DNA of 64,000 nt from Octopus vulgaris. Its lineage: Eukaryota. The position numbers and the translations under genes are program-made. Of the stretch, positions 27,059 to 42,113 are shown one piece after another. Within the stretch, counting starts at the first letter, position 1. Each line of letters starts with the position of its first letter. Under the pieces are notes generated by a model, which saw only the letters and a list, made by a program, of their open reading frames with translations, had not been told where the DNA came from and made no database searches. The stretch lies in contig OX597830.1 of the NCBI GenBank assembly GCA_951406725.2, positions 42,346,001 through 42,410,000 on the forward strand, given 5' to 3'.

Positions 27059-28317
27059 CAGACAGATAGATAGATAGATAGATAGATACATAGATAGATA
27101 GAAAGAATAAACAGACAGACAGAAAAACAGACAGATGAACAGATAGATGAACGGACAGATAGATATGATTATACAACAAGCTACTTTCAGTTTCCATCTC
27201 CCAAATCCACTCACCAACCTTTGGTCATTTTGAAGCTATAGAAGAAGACACCTGCCTCAGGTGTGGGATTGAACCCGGAACCATAATAGCTGAGAAGTAA
27301 TTACCTTAACCACATTGCCATTCCTGCATCATATTAAAAAGATCGTGCATGTATGAACAATAGCACTTTTGATTACAATAACAATAGCAATTTCATAGCA
27401 TTTCCTATGCCAAGAGTAACAAAAAAGACCATCTGTACAGGATAGATGTACCATGATGTCAATCTGTTTGTTACTCACAAACTGATTTATCAGGAACCTT
27501 CCCTCAAATATAGACATTTCACTGGTTTACATTGTTTTTTTTTTAATTGGGTTCAGCTATTGAATTGTAACCATATAGGTGCACAACATTAAGGAGTTTT
27601 TAGTCAATCATAGGGAAATCAGAACTTATGTCAATCTGGTTTCTGGTTAATTGATCTATATTGATCTATGTGGATCTATATTCTACTGATGGATTAAATT
27701 ATCATTGTGATATAAACCTCATCTTGTTTAACCAGCTGTGTTACACCAAACACAAACATATATACACACATTGACACACAAATTTATAGAGAAAAATGTG
27801 CAAATCTCCCGAAGAAGGGGTCCTAAACCTGAAATATTGAAATACCAGCTAATAGTACAAACAATTAACCTGTATTAATTTTGAAATTTGCATTGTTTTG
27901 GCTTTTAAAATAGTTTAACATTTGTTCTTCTTGTGGTTTTTCCTTCTCCAGATCTTACATTTCTCCTCTTTTACGACAAAGAGCTATGCTTGAAACAAAA
28001 AAACCCACTCTTTTTCACCTTTAGTGAGCATCAGGCTAATACTGAGTCATCCCATAAATAGTGTGATGTGTCCATTTAGAAATCTAGCCACAAGGTTTTG
28101 GTGGTGAGGTGCTGTGCCATGGGGCTGAACCCAGGGTCACATAGTTTGAAAGAGCAAACTTCTTAACCACACAGTCACCCCTGCACTCCTCTGTGTACAT
28201 ATAAAAATGTATCTCATGTAATCCAAGTGGTGATCCAAGAGAACAGGATTCCAGGAAATGAATTTAATGGGGATATGCATAGGCAACGTGTGGTTTATTA
28301 ACCTCTTAACTACACAT

Positions 28318-28395
<78 letters not shown>

Positions 28396-29336
28396 TCTTA
28401 TGGTCCTGATGTTGAGGAGATTGTGAACACAGAACAACCTTATCATTTCACATAATGGAGTGATTACATTTTTTCATGAGACTAAAAACAATGTTTGAAA
28501 ATCCCATTGAACAAAAGAAATACTCCACTGGTTTCTTTGAAGGAAGAAGAATAAGAAATAATAATAGACAAGAGAATGACAAGAATATAAACCAAAATAA
28601 ATGGGAAAATAAAGTTGAATAAAGAACATAAAATAATATAAAATAAACAAAGTATGGTACAGCAAAAACTAACAATGTAAATAAAAATTTATGAAAAAAA
28701 TAAATAAAACATATAATTCTATGAAAGAAGAGAAAGAATAACATCAGTGATGTTGTTTTCTCCAACATGTTTCATGAAAAGAAATAATATACATTGCATG
28801 GGAAATCACCATAGTTATGCTCTCTTTTGAAAGAAAATGTGTCTATAGACAAATGAACATACATCACATTATATATAGACTAGCATTTAGAGAATGGAAC
28901 CAGAGGCAATACTAAAATTATAAAAGCTCCTTTCTATGTAAAAGCAAATGTTGTAAAATTAGTAATCAACTGTAATCTTAAAACACGAGGGTGGATGTCT
29001 CAAAACTACATATTATTGTTGACAGTTAGCATACATACATATATATAAAACGAGGCAGATATATTATGCATATATAGTGAGAGGACTTTGGTTGGGTTTA
29101 ACGATAAATATTCCAGTTGTTTGATCAACTGTACTACCATGTGATTTTGTAAGTGGCTGAGTATTCAATAAATGGCTGTGTGGTTAAGAAGCTTGCTTAG
29201 CAACCATGTGGTTACGGGCTCAGGCCCACTGTGCAGAACCTTGAGCAAGGGACTTTTATTATATATCTGGGTCGACTAATGCCATGTGAGTGAATTTCAA
29301 AGATGGAAACAGTGCTGAAACCCATCATATACATAT

Positions 29337-29391
<55 letters not shown>

Positions 29392-29489
29392 TATGCATAT
29401 ACATATATATATATATATATTAACCAGCCCATTTAAGAGTACCCTTCAATCATTGGACAATAAACTATGCTTGCTTGAAATTGTTGTCA

Positions 29490-29838
29490 TGGCCGATGAC
29501 AGTACCACCTAACTGGAGCCCATGCCAGTGGAATGTTAGAAGCCCCATTCAAGTGTGATTGTTGCCAGATCCACTGACTGGCTCCTGTGAAGGTGGCACA
29601 TGAAAAGCACCATTTGAGTGTAATTGATGCCAGTACTTCCTGACTAGCCCTTGTGCTGGTGGCAAGTAAAAGCACCCACTACACTCTCAAAGTGGTTGGC
29701 ATTAGGAACGCCATCCAGCTGTAGAAACTCTGCCAGATCAGACTGAAGACTGGTGCAGCCATCTGGCTCGCTGGTCCTCAGTCAAACCGTCCAGCCCATG
29801 CCAGTATGGAAAGCGGACATTAAACGATGATGATGATA
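29490..29838 (+). mobile_element. (GAT)n-tailed RTE-type element
   Basis: Family core and tail. Confidence 0.8.
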
Positions 29839-29918
29839 TATATACTGGCATCCCATCTGATCAATGGAACCACCTGCTTATGAAATTAACATGTATGTGG
29901 CTGAGCACTCCAAAGATA

Positions 29919-30170
29919 TCATCATCATCATCATCATCATCATTTAATGTCTGGTTTCCATGCTGGCATAGATTGGACGGTTTGACTAAGGCCTGGCAAG
30001 CCAGGAGGCTACACCAGGCTCCAATCTGTTCTGCCAAGTTTTCTACAGCCAGATGCCCTTCCTAACACCAACCACTCTGAGAGTGTAGTGGGTGCTTTTT
30101 ACATGCCACCGGCATGGGGGCAAGTCAGGCGGCACTGGCATTGATCACACTTGAGTGGTGCTTTTTACAC
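29919..30170 (-). mobile_element. (GAT)n-tailed RTE-type element inserted into an older tRNA SINE (29845-30390, -)
   Basis: Flanks 29845-29912 and 30175-30390 are contiguous parts of a SINE related to 31671-32054. Confidence 0.7.
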
Positions 30171-30469
30171 CTTTATGTGCACCTTTAATGTAGTTCTCAG
30201 GGAGATTCAGCATGACACAGTGTGTAACAAGACTGGTGCTTTTAAATACAGGTACAACTTACTTTTACCAGCTAAATGCAGTGGAGCAATGTGAAATAAA
30301 GTGTCTTGCTCAAGGACACAATGTGTCACCGAGAATTGAACTCATGACCTTGCGATCATGATCCGAATACACCAGCTACAGAGCCACACACCTTCACACA
30401 CACACCTTCACACACACATATATGTATATATGTGTGTGTATATATATATATATATATCACGTGATCACA

Positions 30470-30652
<183 letters not shown>

Positions 30653-30656
30653 TATT

Positions 30657-31052
30657 TCCTCTTTATATATAAAAGTGAAGTTGTGTGTCTGTCTCCTACG
30701 ATTTAGATTCCTAACTACTCCCACATTTTGCGGTGCAGTGTAACCAAAAGCGGGTATCTTATAGTCGTGATTCATATCAAGCCCTTCTGGGTATTAGCGC
30801 ACATCTATGATGAGTCTACGATTTAAAAAAAATTTACCATCATTTTTTCCCATTTTTAATGCATTTTTTTGCTATTATATAAGGGAAGTAACTCTCTAAA
30901 AATGTATTATTAAATCTCTGAACGTAAAACGCTACAGTTACACCCCCCTTTGTGGTTAGCCATATTGAGATGGCTATTATACTTAACATCTCTAAAAATG
31001 CTTATATAGTTATTTCCCTTACAAACCCGAGCAATGCCAGGCAATACTGCTA

Positions 31053-31053
<1 letters not shown>
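30657..31053 (+). mobile_element. Non-autonomous Helitron
   Basis: 5' TC..tttatatataaaag start, GC-rich subterminal hairpin 'cccgagcaatgccagg', 3' CTAG followed by T, inserted in (TA)n, no TSD. Confidence 0.8.
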
Positions 31054-31115
<62 letters not shown>

Positions 31116-31483
31116 TTGATAGATAGATAGATAGATAGATAGACAGACAGATATACACATACACATATACAGATATATTAAAATGCATAATACAAAAATT
31201 TCCTTCCAGAAAGTCTGTAACAGTCTGGTTTAGAAAATATTCTTTTGAATAGTAATTTTATTTATATATTTATATATTATTTATATTATTATATATATGC
31301 ATGTATATGTATGTATGTATATAATATACATACATATACACACAGGCACATACAGTTTGTAATCTTATCAATCAGTAAATTTTCTTCAATCTCACTGTTT
31401 TGTGCTGTTGCTTGGTAGATCTTGCTAACCTCAGCATCCTGACATGTTGACAAATAGATTAGACATTTTCCTCATCATTATTA

Positions 31484-31521
31484 ATTAGTGAGGTGTGATT
31501 AACTAATCACACCTCACTAAT
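31484..31521. repeat. Perfect 18 bp inverted repeat with 2 nt spacer
   Basis: attagtgaggtgtgatta-ac-taatcacacctcactaat. Confidence 0.95.
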
Positions 31522-31670
31522 GCTATTCACTCTATAAAGTCTATATTATTTGTTCAATGAAAACAGTTTCAATTCCAAAGGTGAGGAGGTGTCTGTTAGG
31601 ATGTTCATTCTAAACGCAGATGATCTCTTCTGAAATAATACTTGCCTGTCATTTTTTAATGAAAATTATT

Positions 31671-32054
31671 GGAAGCACTCCGTCGGTTACGACGACGAGG
31701 GTTCCGGTTGATCCGAATCAATGGAACAGCCTGCTCGTGAAATTAACGTGTAAGTGGCTGAGCACTCCACAGACACGTGTACCGTTAACGTAGTTCTCGG
31801 GGATATTCAGCGTGACACAGAGAGTGACAAGACCGGCCCTTTAAAATACAGGTACAACAGAAAGAGGAAGTAAGAGTGAGAGAAAGTTGTGGTGAAAGAG
31901 TACAGCAAGGATCACCACCATCCCCTGCCGGAGCCGCATGGAGCTTTAGGTGTTTTCACTCAATAAACACTCACAACGCCCGGTCTGGGAATCGAAACCG
32001 CGATCCTATGACCGCGAGTCCGCTGCCCTAACCACTGGGCCATTGCGCCTCCAC
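31671..32054 (-). mobile_element. Young full-length tRNA-derived SINE with 13 bp TSD
   Basis: Head gtggaggcgcaaTGGCCCAGTGG...GGTTTCGATTCC; perfect TSD aatgaaaattatt at 31658-31670 and 32055-32067; CpGs retained. Confidence 0.92.
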
Positions 32055-32623
32055 AATGAAAATTATTACAGGTATTATAATGGTTACATACTTCAGTTGA
32101 TGAATTATTACTACAATAAGTAAAGGGGTCATTTTATTTATTTATTTATTTATTTATCTATTACTGGTGTGTTTGGTGGTTTTGTTTTATTTTTGTTTTT
32201 TTTTTTTGCTCTGGCGGTGCATGGCCTGGTGGTTCAGGTGTTACACTCATGACCTAGCGATCATAATTTCAGTTCCTAGACTGGGTGGTGCATTGTATTC
32301 TTGAGCAAAATGCTTCATCTCATGTTACACGTCAATTAATTCAACACCTGATGCCTGGGACACAGTGCACCTATTTAAACAATATTGATTTGATGGAGAG
32401 AGTGAGCTAATGTGTGGCACATACATTTGATTACTATAAGCAAAATCATTTGTACAGGTTGTTTGGCAAAAGTTGAATGCTCTTATGTCGTCTTCCACTG
32501 GAGAGTCCTTCATGTGTGTGGGTGTGTCCTTTTGTCTGCATTTGTACCCCACTGCTTGACTATTTGACAACCAGTGTTGGTGCGTTTAAGTCCCTGTAAC
32601 TTAGTAGTTTGGCAAAAGAGACT

Positions 32624-32842
32624 GGCGAGCTGGCAGAATCGTTAGCATGCCGGGCAAAATGCGTAGCCATATTTCGTATGCCGTTACGTTCTGAGTTCAA
32701 ATTCCGCCGAGGTCGACTTTGCTTTCCATTCTTTCAGGGTCGATAAATTAAGCACCAGTTACACACTGGGGTCGATGTAATCCCTTTGTCTGCCCTTGAT
32801 TGTCCCCTCTATATTTAGACTCTTGTGGGTAATAAAGAAATA
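32624..32842 (+). mobile_element. Meta-like tRNA SINE
   Basis: Same family as 56464-56694. Confidence 0.85.
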
Positions 32843-33008
32843 GGTATAATCATGTGATGTGTATGGATGTGGACAGCTGTATTAATAAGTGTCGTTCTCT
32901 AAATGTGAAAGAAACCTGTGGAAGAGGTAGACCCAGAAAGATGTGGGATGAAGTGGCAAGAAATGATCTTTGACTGTTGAGCCTCACAGAAAACATGACA
33001 AGAGACCC
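32842..33008 (+). pseudogene. RTE LINE ORF C-terminal fragment
   Basis: YNHVMCMD..CINKCRSLNV..CGRGRPRKMWDEV..NDL. Confidence 0.75.
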
Positions 33009-33755
33009 CTCTATCCTCTTTGTACCACTTATATTCCCTGCTGCATCCTGTGGGTAGGTCCTGATGCATTTCCAGTACCATCTATTTTGCTCTCTTTCAC
33101 ACTCTGTCTGTCTCTATCATTCTCTCTAATTCTATCCCTCTTTCCTCTCTTTTCTTTCCCTTCTGGGGTAGCCAAGTATCTTCTCCAAAGTAAGACACCT
33201 ATCTCTATCCCTCTAATATACTCTAACTTCTCAACAGACATGAAACCACCTTCTTCAGTACTACTCCTTCAAGCCGTGACATCTTTGTCTTTCAAGTTAC
33301 TTGGTGATGGTACCATGTAAAAAGCATCAATGTTGGTGCCACATAAAGAATGACTAAATACACTCTGTAAATTGGTTGGCATTAGGAAGGGCTTTCAGGT
33401 GTAGAAACCATGCCAGAACAGACAATGGAGCCTGGTACAGCTCTCTGCTCTGCTCACCAGCTCTTGTCAAAGATGATGTGTGCGCGTGCGCGCGTGTGTG
33501 TGTGTGTGCAAACACGTACACACACACTCTCTCTCACACATACATGCACAAGTTCAAAAGAAGCTCTATGATCGACCACTTAGAATAAAGAACTCAAGGA
33601 TAAGTCTGAGAGTGAATAAAAGCATTTAATCTATAATCATTTGTCTGACAAGAGTTCCAGAAGAGGCATGGGCAAAACAAAATATATTTCATTGGATTAA
33701 TGATTATGGATTAAATATTTCACATACAGACAGACAAATAGACAGCCAGACAAAC

Positions 33756-33835
<80 letters not shown>

Positions 33836-34153
33836 GAACATAAATATTTGCAATAGATATAAGTTTTTACGTTTTATTCTATGAACACAAATGTATTTCA
33901 TATTTCCGTCACATTACCAAGAATGCTGTAACAATCAACGAAATTTTAGTGGAACAAAGTAACGTTCAACTTGATAACTCCCATGTGTATTATTTCTTAA
34001 TTGTTACAATTAATAAGATATAGAATTAAGAGGCATCTCTTTTATTCCTTTGTCATCAAAGTAAACCTCATTGAAATCTGTTTGATGTCTTCTCTTTTCA
34101 AACTCTCTTAAGCTGCTATCTTCTAGTTCATCTTTGTAAAATTCCCTCCAAAC

Positions 34154-34627
34154 TATTGTGTAACAAAATTTTTATATTTTTGTCTTTGGTCAGTAAGTGT
34201 TATTTCCTATTTGTTTCTATCTAGAAATCAAAGGAAATGACTACTATTCCCTTCAAACTTTGCTTTTGTGATCTGGACATCAATGTTTTAAAACTGACCT
34301 ATTTTCCATTACATTTCAGACAGATTCAGCACTGAGTTGTTGAAGCAGAAATATCATTAAAGTAAATATTCTTCTCAATACCACAGATTTACTTGTCATT
34401 GCTTGACCTTAACCAGTTGAGCATGTCCCTTAGTGGCTGCCAATATGTGCATCTCAGATGGAGTAGTGGGAGAGCATCATAGCCATGTGTTGAGAGGAAT
34501 TCTTTGAGGTTGGAATAAATGTAACAAAAGCTAAGTTTGAAGGAAATATTAACCATTTTTCACATGGGTAAGCAAATAGGAAATAACAGTTACCACCCAA
34601 GGACGACCAAAATTGTGTTACACAGTG
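34154..34627. mobile_element. Tc1-like MITE with long imperfect TIRs, interrupted by a fragment of the 21094 element
   Basis: 'tgtgtaaca.aattt..tgttatttcctatttg..cttcaaactttgcttttgt' mirrored by 'acaaaagctaagtttgaag..caaataggaaataaca..aattgtgttacaca'. Confidence 0.6.
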
Positions 34628-35870
34628 TTATTCATGATATCAAAAAATCAAGAACCAACTTCCAAAAGTTACATTTGGCAGTTTCAAACAGATTTCCTTC
34701 AGATCTCGGTTGTTGCAAGTTTGATGGAATTTTATTATTCAGAGCAATGCAGAACTGGTTACAAAAGAAAGGAATGCACCCTTTGTTATCTAATGGGATT
34801 GTATAAGACACAAATCTACATAAGAAGCCTCCACAAGTTGTATGACTATAGTAGGAACTCTACAAGTTGTATGACTACAGTAGGAACCACACAATACATC
34901 AATGTAGGGTAAATATTATAAATACTTTTTATTATTGTAAAGTTGATATAGACAGTGAGTAAAAAATACCTAGTGGTATTTATTCTACCCTTACAGTGGT
35001 GAGCTGGGCATATTGTTAGCATGTTGGGCAAAATGCTTAACACTATTTAATCTGTTCTCAGCTGTAGAAATGAGTTGTGACATCACTGGTGCCAAGCTGT
35101 ATCGGCCTTTGCCTTTCCCTTCGATAACATCGGTGGCGTGGAGAGAGAAGGCTGGTATGCATGGGCAACTGCTGGCCTTCCACAAACAATCTTGCACTGA
35201 CTTGTGCCTCGGAGGGTAACATTTTACATGCAATCTGATGGTCAGTCATGACCGAAGGAGGTCTCTCAGCATGTATGTATGTATGTATATCATTTTATTG
35301 AACTTAACATCAACATATCACTGATTGTTTGGTTTGTCCAAACAGTAAATAAGCTACACATTTTGTGAAAGTCACAGTCAATAAAATCATTATAATTATT
35401 ATTAGACTAAAGATTAGTATTTGTCCATCTTTTTATTGCAAATTGGTTACCTCACCATGTGATAACTGTTGTCACTGATATACCACATCCTACTAGAGAC
35501 AACTAACTGTTACCAGCATCTTCTCTCCCCAACCACGTGCAGTATCTAACGTAGAGTTGCTGAAATATCATGCACTGCAGAATTCTTGCAAAATGACACT
35601 AATATCCTGTTTACTGCACTATATGCATCTACCAATAAAATAACTGATGCAGCTATGATAACAAAAATAACCACATGATATGGACTGACCGATAGAGGCC
35701 TAAAATATTCTCACCTAGAATCCATATTAAATTTCTTTTAATTTTTCTCCACACTGGCTTTCAGCATCTGATGATGTGGATGTGTCCTATGTCCTGAGGA
35801 TGAGCATTTAACTGTAAATTGTTTCCCCTGCTGTTTTCCTCTTCTGTGTTTTGGTCTTGGCCCATTTTAA

Positions 35871-36087
35871 CCCATTAGTGCCCATGGTCCTTTTTTTAGA
35901 ACCAGAAGGATAATTCATCATATTTTTGCAACACCTGTATTTTAGAGATATCTTTAGTTAGTCATCAGAACTAGAGTGTCTTTCAAATATTGTAATAAAA
36001 ATTTTTTTATATATTTAGTATCAGATAAAGTTGTATAAAAAATGGTTTTTGGTAATAAATTAAATAAAAGAATTGGGCACTAATGGG
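35871..36087. mobile_element. piggyBac-type MITE
   Basis: TTAA|cccattagtgccca ... tgggcactaatggg|TTAA: perfect 14 bp TIRs and both TSDs. Confidence 0.9.
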
Positions 36088-36602
36088 TTAATGGCTTTCT
36101 CTTATCCAAACTTTTATAACCTTCTTCATAACCTGTTATGTAACTACCAAATGTTTTACCAGTGTTATTGCCTTATCTTTTTCCAGTATTTTTTATAATA
36201 TATATATATTTTTAATTTTACAATTTTTGTTATCAGTGTTTTTTCTTACCTTCTCTTTCTCCTTCACATCATGCCTGCCACACCTTCCTCTCACATACAA
36301 CATGATTACACATTATCATCCTACCCACACCACTACTCCGTGCCTCTACACTCCCATACTAGCACACCACTACAAACCTTTACACACCCAAAGAAACCGC
36401 ACACATCCATACCCCCTCATACTACCACACACACATACACACACGTTCCTTTATATCTATTTCTATACATGGATACTCTGCAATACATACACACACCAAA
36501 CTGCCACCTCTCTTCCGTACTCTCCTTGTGGAGCCGCATTTCTGCTGACCCGCTCCTCAACCACCTTTTATCCTTCTTCATCTTTTCCTCACTCTTTTAT
36601 TC

Positions 36603-36637
36603 TTTCTGATGAATAACCATTGTCTGAAACGTCAGAA
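36603..36637 (+). ncRNA. Minimal hammerhead motif, damaged helix II
   Basis: ttt CTGATGA ataaccattgtct GAAA cg TC agaa. Confidence 0.4.
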
Positions 36638-36767
36638 CTCATTCCTTTCCTTTTTAAGTGTTAAACTAATATGACATATGTTAAGGCTTGTTACTCTTGT
36701 GTTGTCTTCTTTTTCTTCATTGCATAAATTTATGAATATGTATATGTATGTATGTATGTATGTATAG

Positions 36768-36975
36768 TTAATCCAAACATGAAAACACAAAGAGAAAACA
36801 TAACAACACGAGGACGTGGAACAAGTATAGTGTTATTGGACACTCAGGAAAGGAAAGAAAGAAGGAAGATTTAACATTTCGAGTGGAGCTCTTCATCAGA
36901 AATATAGAAAAAGGAAAGGTCCAAGGAAGGGAAGACGGAGAAAGAAAATTGCCAACGATACACACACGGTCACAT

Positions 36976-36980
<5 letters not shown>
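36768..36980 (-). mobile_element. Pseudo-LTR/retrozyme-like module with minimal hammerhead (36869-36903)
   Basis: Minus strand attt CTGATGA a GAG ctcca CTC GAAA tg TT aaat; close homolog at 55178-55390; flanked by (TATG)n/(TA)n. Confidence 0.65.
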
Positions 36981-37033
<53 letters not shown>

Positions 37034-37061
37034 TATATATTGGTATATACATATATATTGG

Positions 37062-37101
<40 letters not shown>

Positions 37102-37669
37102 TAAATAGATAGATAGATAGATAGATAGATATAGATAGGTATGTATGTATACATTCCCACACATATATACACACTGGGTGTGTGCATGTGCAAGTGTATA
37201 TATCTATATATAATATATATAAGAATATATAATAACATGCTCGCACACACATAATACGTAATTGCTATTCCCCAAAGACTGACTTGTCATTTTCACAAAA
37301 AGAATAATGAATTTTTTCTCTGTTGTTTTTGTTGTTACACAAAATGGATTTTTATAATATTGAAAGAAATAATAATTATTTTCTTGAAAAAAATGAAAAC
37401 AATTCATTTTGTGGCTTTTTATATTTTCTTTTATTAAAAATATTTTGTTGTTTTATTATTGTTTGAAGTTTGATTAAGTTAATTGATGTGTGTAAGTATG
37501 AAATGAATTTTAATCTTTTAATTTCTTATTTACCTTTCTTTCTAATATGAACATTTTAGCCATAGTTCTTAAAACTGGTCAACCGAAAATATTTTAAAGA
37601 CTATTTTCTAATTTCTTTTTTAAAGCTGAAAATTTGATTGTTAGATACCATTACAATGAGGAGGTTGAT

Positions 37670-37820
37670 GAGTGATGACGACGATGATGATGATGTGAAT
37701 GACAATGGTGACAATGATGATGTTGATGAAGGTGATGATGATGATCATGGTAATGCTGATGATGGTGGTGGTGTTGGTTGCGGTGATAACAATAATCATG
37801 AAGAAGAAGAAGAAGAAGAA

Positions 37821-37854
<34 letters not shown>

Positions 37855-37910
37855 CTGACGACGACGACAATGATGATGATGATGATGATGATGGTGATGA
37901 TGTTAACACT
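37670..37910. repeat. (GAT)/(GAA) microsatellite
   Basis: Direct reading; source of the 226 aa acidic ORF. Confidence 0.9.
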
Positions 37911-38936
37911 GATGCTGTTGCTATTATCACAGCAGCTGCTGCTACCACTGTGCTGGCACTCCCAATGTGCCACTGCTGCTACCCTTATGCCACTAGTGCT
38001 GTTACCTCCTCTGCCATTGGTGCCACTGCTTCCACTATAATTGCACTACCCCTATTCCTCCTATTGCTGCAACTGCTGCCGAAGGTGGTGATCATCATTG
38101 TAAGTAGTCATGGTAATGTTGCTGGTGGCAATGATGATGATGATGATGACACATGGTTTTTTTTAAACTGTGCATTCCTCCTCTCAATACCATCGAAAAA
38201 GGGGTATTATTTATCCCCACTTAAACATGGATGTTCTATTAAAACAAACTATACTGTGGTAGTCACCATGAGAGAAACTCTCATATTAGGTTTTTGGTGC
38301 CAAATGCATGCTTGTTGATATCACAAGCGGTGAGATAAATCTCCACCACTTCCAGTGCTGAGATTACCAGATGACATGGTTTCGACCTTGTTTGGTCTTG
38401 TCAATGATGGACACTTGACTGCTAGAGACAGCAGTGATTCATCTCCCTGCTGACAGTGCTAAAACATGCGCTGGTATTGTAATTAGTCAGTGAGCTTGTT
38501 AAAAAACATATATTAATGACAGAGGTAGTATTAACACTGTGAGATAATATTTATCCCTGTAGACAAAAGGTGAGAAATTTTAGCAAACATCAAAAATGAA
38601 CCAAACGATTAAATTACAAGGCATTGCAGGACTTGAATATTTATTTTAAATCTTTTACTCTTGTTCACATTTTACTTTGTTTAGTGTGTTTGTTTCACTT
38701 GTAAACTGATTTGTTATTAAGGAGCTTTTGTTATTTACCTCATTGAGTTCTCTGCCTGTTTGTTAGACAAAATATGTAATAGTTGTAACTGAAGCTTTTG
38801 CTTGTTGTGTCTGTGTTTATGTGTGAGAAGCCTATGAAACCTTATGCTGCATGGAGCTAAATCAAACTGCTTTAAATTATAATATATGTAACTCTTACTA
38901 AAGTGATGAATGCCTCTTTCTTTTGTTGTCCACTTG

Positions 38937-38975
<39 letters not shown>

Positions 38976-39489
38976 TCATCATCATCATCATCATTAGTTA
39001 GTGTTCATTGTCCATGCTGGCATGGGTTGGGCAGTTTGCCTGGGCTGGCATGCTGGAAAGCTACATCAGAATCCAGTTTGATTTGGCATGGTTTTCTATG
39101 GCTTGATACCCTTCCTAATTCAACCATTCCAAGAGGATAATGGGTGCTTTTACATCCCACTGGCATAGGTGCCATTTGCGTGACACCGGGGATATATATA
39201 TATTATTTTTCCCTCCATAAACATAGAAGATCCTAACTCTGCCTGATGTTGTGTGTAGAATCAGATATATGTTTATTGACATGTAAAATAAACAATAATT
39301 ATATTTGCAGGGTAAAGTATTGCTCCATCAACCCTCCAGTCGACAGTATCTATCAGGAAGCTGACATGAACTGACTGTTGTTTGTATTAGTGATGTAAAT
39401 AGTGTAAATCATTGGAGTCAACTGTCATCTGTCATACTGTCATGCATGGGAAGGGTTCTTTGGGATTCCTAAGAAAATGTCTAGGTATG

Positions 39490-39810
39490 TGTCAGTAGCT
39501 GGAAATTAGCTTCTTTCTTCTTAATACTGATGTAGATTGGTAAATGATGTAGAGTTTCTCTGTAAGACAGAAGTTGCAAAGGTTTGATCCATTCCTAAAT
39601 ATCTGTTCCTTACCTAAAGCTGCCAATATCATTCTGTTTGACTCACCTTTGACTTTTCATTTCCAAATATGCTTTGAAAGGATGGTGATGATGGGATGAG
39701 TTGTTGGTGCAGCCCATTTTTGAAGGAGCGCTCTGTATATCCTATACAGTTTGTTGATGTGTTGTTGGTAGAGACATAAGCACAGAATACTGTACCTCTT
39801 TTTGTCTTTC
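39490..39810 (-). pseudogene. Penelope-like element GIY-YIG endonuclease relic
   Basis: TVFCAYVST...CIGYTERSFK ... LSKHIWK ... RNGSNLCNFCLTEKLYII ... LISSY*H, matching the PLE 'VY..V...YIG.T..FK.R..LSKHIW..CNLCLTEK..LISKCRH' pattern; frameshifts and stops. Confidence 0.7.
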
Positions 39811-40311
39811 TTTCTTGACATTATTTTTTAAGAATCATTTTTGTATCAGCTCCCTTTGATCTAAATATATTGGAAGTTGAAAGCTCAATAGTGTAAGCTG
39901 CCATACAACACTAGCGCAAAAGAAAAACAAAATGTTGTAAAATATTCTCTTCCTATGTAGAAAATATTTCCTGAACAGTGATAAAGCCCACCAGTTTTTT
40001 AACTAAAACAACATAAAGGTGAGTTACAGCTGCATGAGAAAACATGTCTATTCTCATTAAGACCTATGAAATAAAATTATTGCAAATAAACATAGAGGAG
40101 AGGTAGTTCATAGCCAATTCCACAGCATAAAACATTACTCCTATAGAAAGATGGGTAGCTTGATGCAAAAATAATTAATTATATATAGAGACATATACCT
40201 TTAGACAGATCTATCTATCCATCTATCAATACTTAGATTACTACACATTTATTCATCTCTCTTTCTCACTTTGTACATAAAAGTATAAACATATATTGAC
40301 ACACAAACATA

Positions 40312-40357
<46 letters not shown>

Positions 40358-40794
40358 TATATAGATAAATAAGCAAATGAATAGAAAGACAGACAAAGAA
40401 GCTAGCAGATTGATAGTCTAGAACTTTTAATAATCATTCCACAGATAACCCTTGGAGCAATATTCTTTTTGCTCCTGTTTGGACTAAAATTTCTACATAT
40501 ACATTTACCAATATTCCAGCAAAGTCTTACATTCCACTGCAGCTTATTTATTAGGAGGGTGAGAAATATGCACAGCAGTTACATATATTAATATGTAAGG
40601 ATGATGGAAAAAAAAAAAGAACAAAAGAAAAAATGCAAAGAAACAAAACAGAATTTTGAAAATGAAGAGATGAAGAAAATTGTGAATATAGCTAGCTGAC
40701 TAGATAACTAGGTCACTAGATATATTGATAGAGGGAGAAGTAAATATTAATATACAAATATACATGAAAACAGGCAGTCATACACATAAAGAAA

Positions 40795-42113
<1,319 letters not shown>

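Noticed and set aside
31975-32054. tRNA gene
   Set aside because: tRNA-like head of a SINE with body and TSD; the same applies to the other A/B-box sequences
34630-34830. Possible degraded RT fragment
   Set aside because: Only vague similarity to the QG motif region
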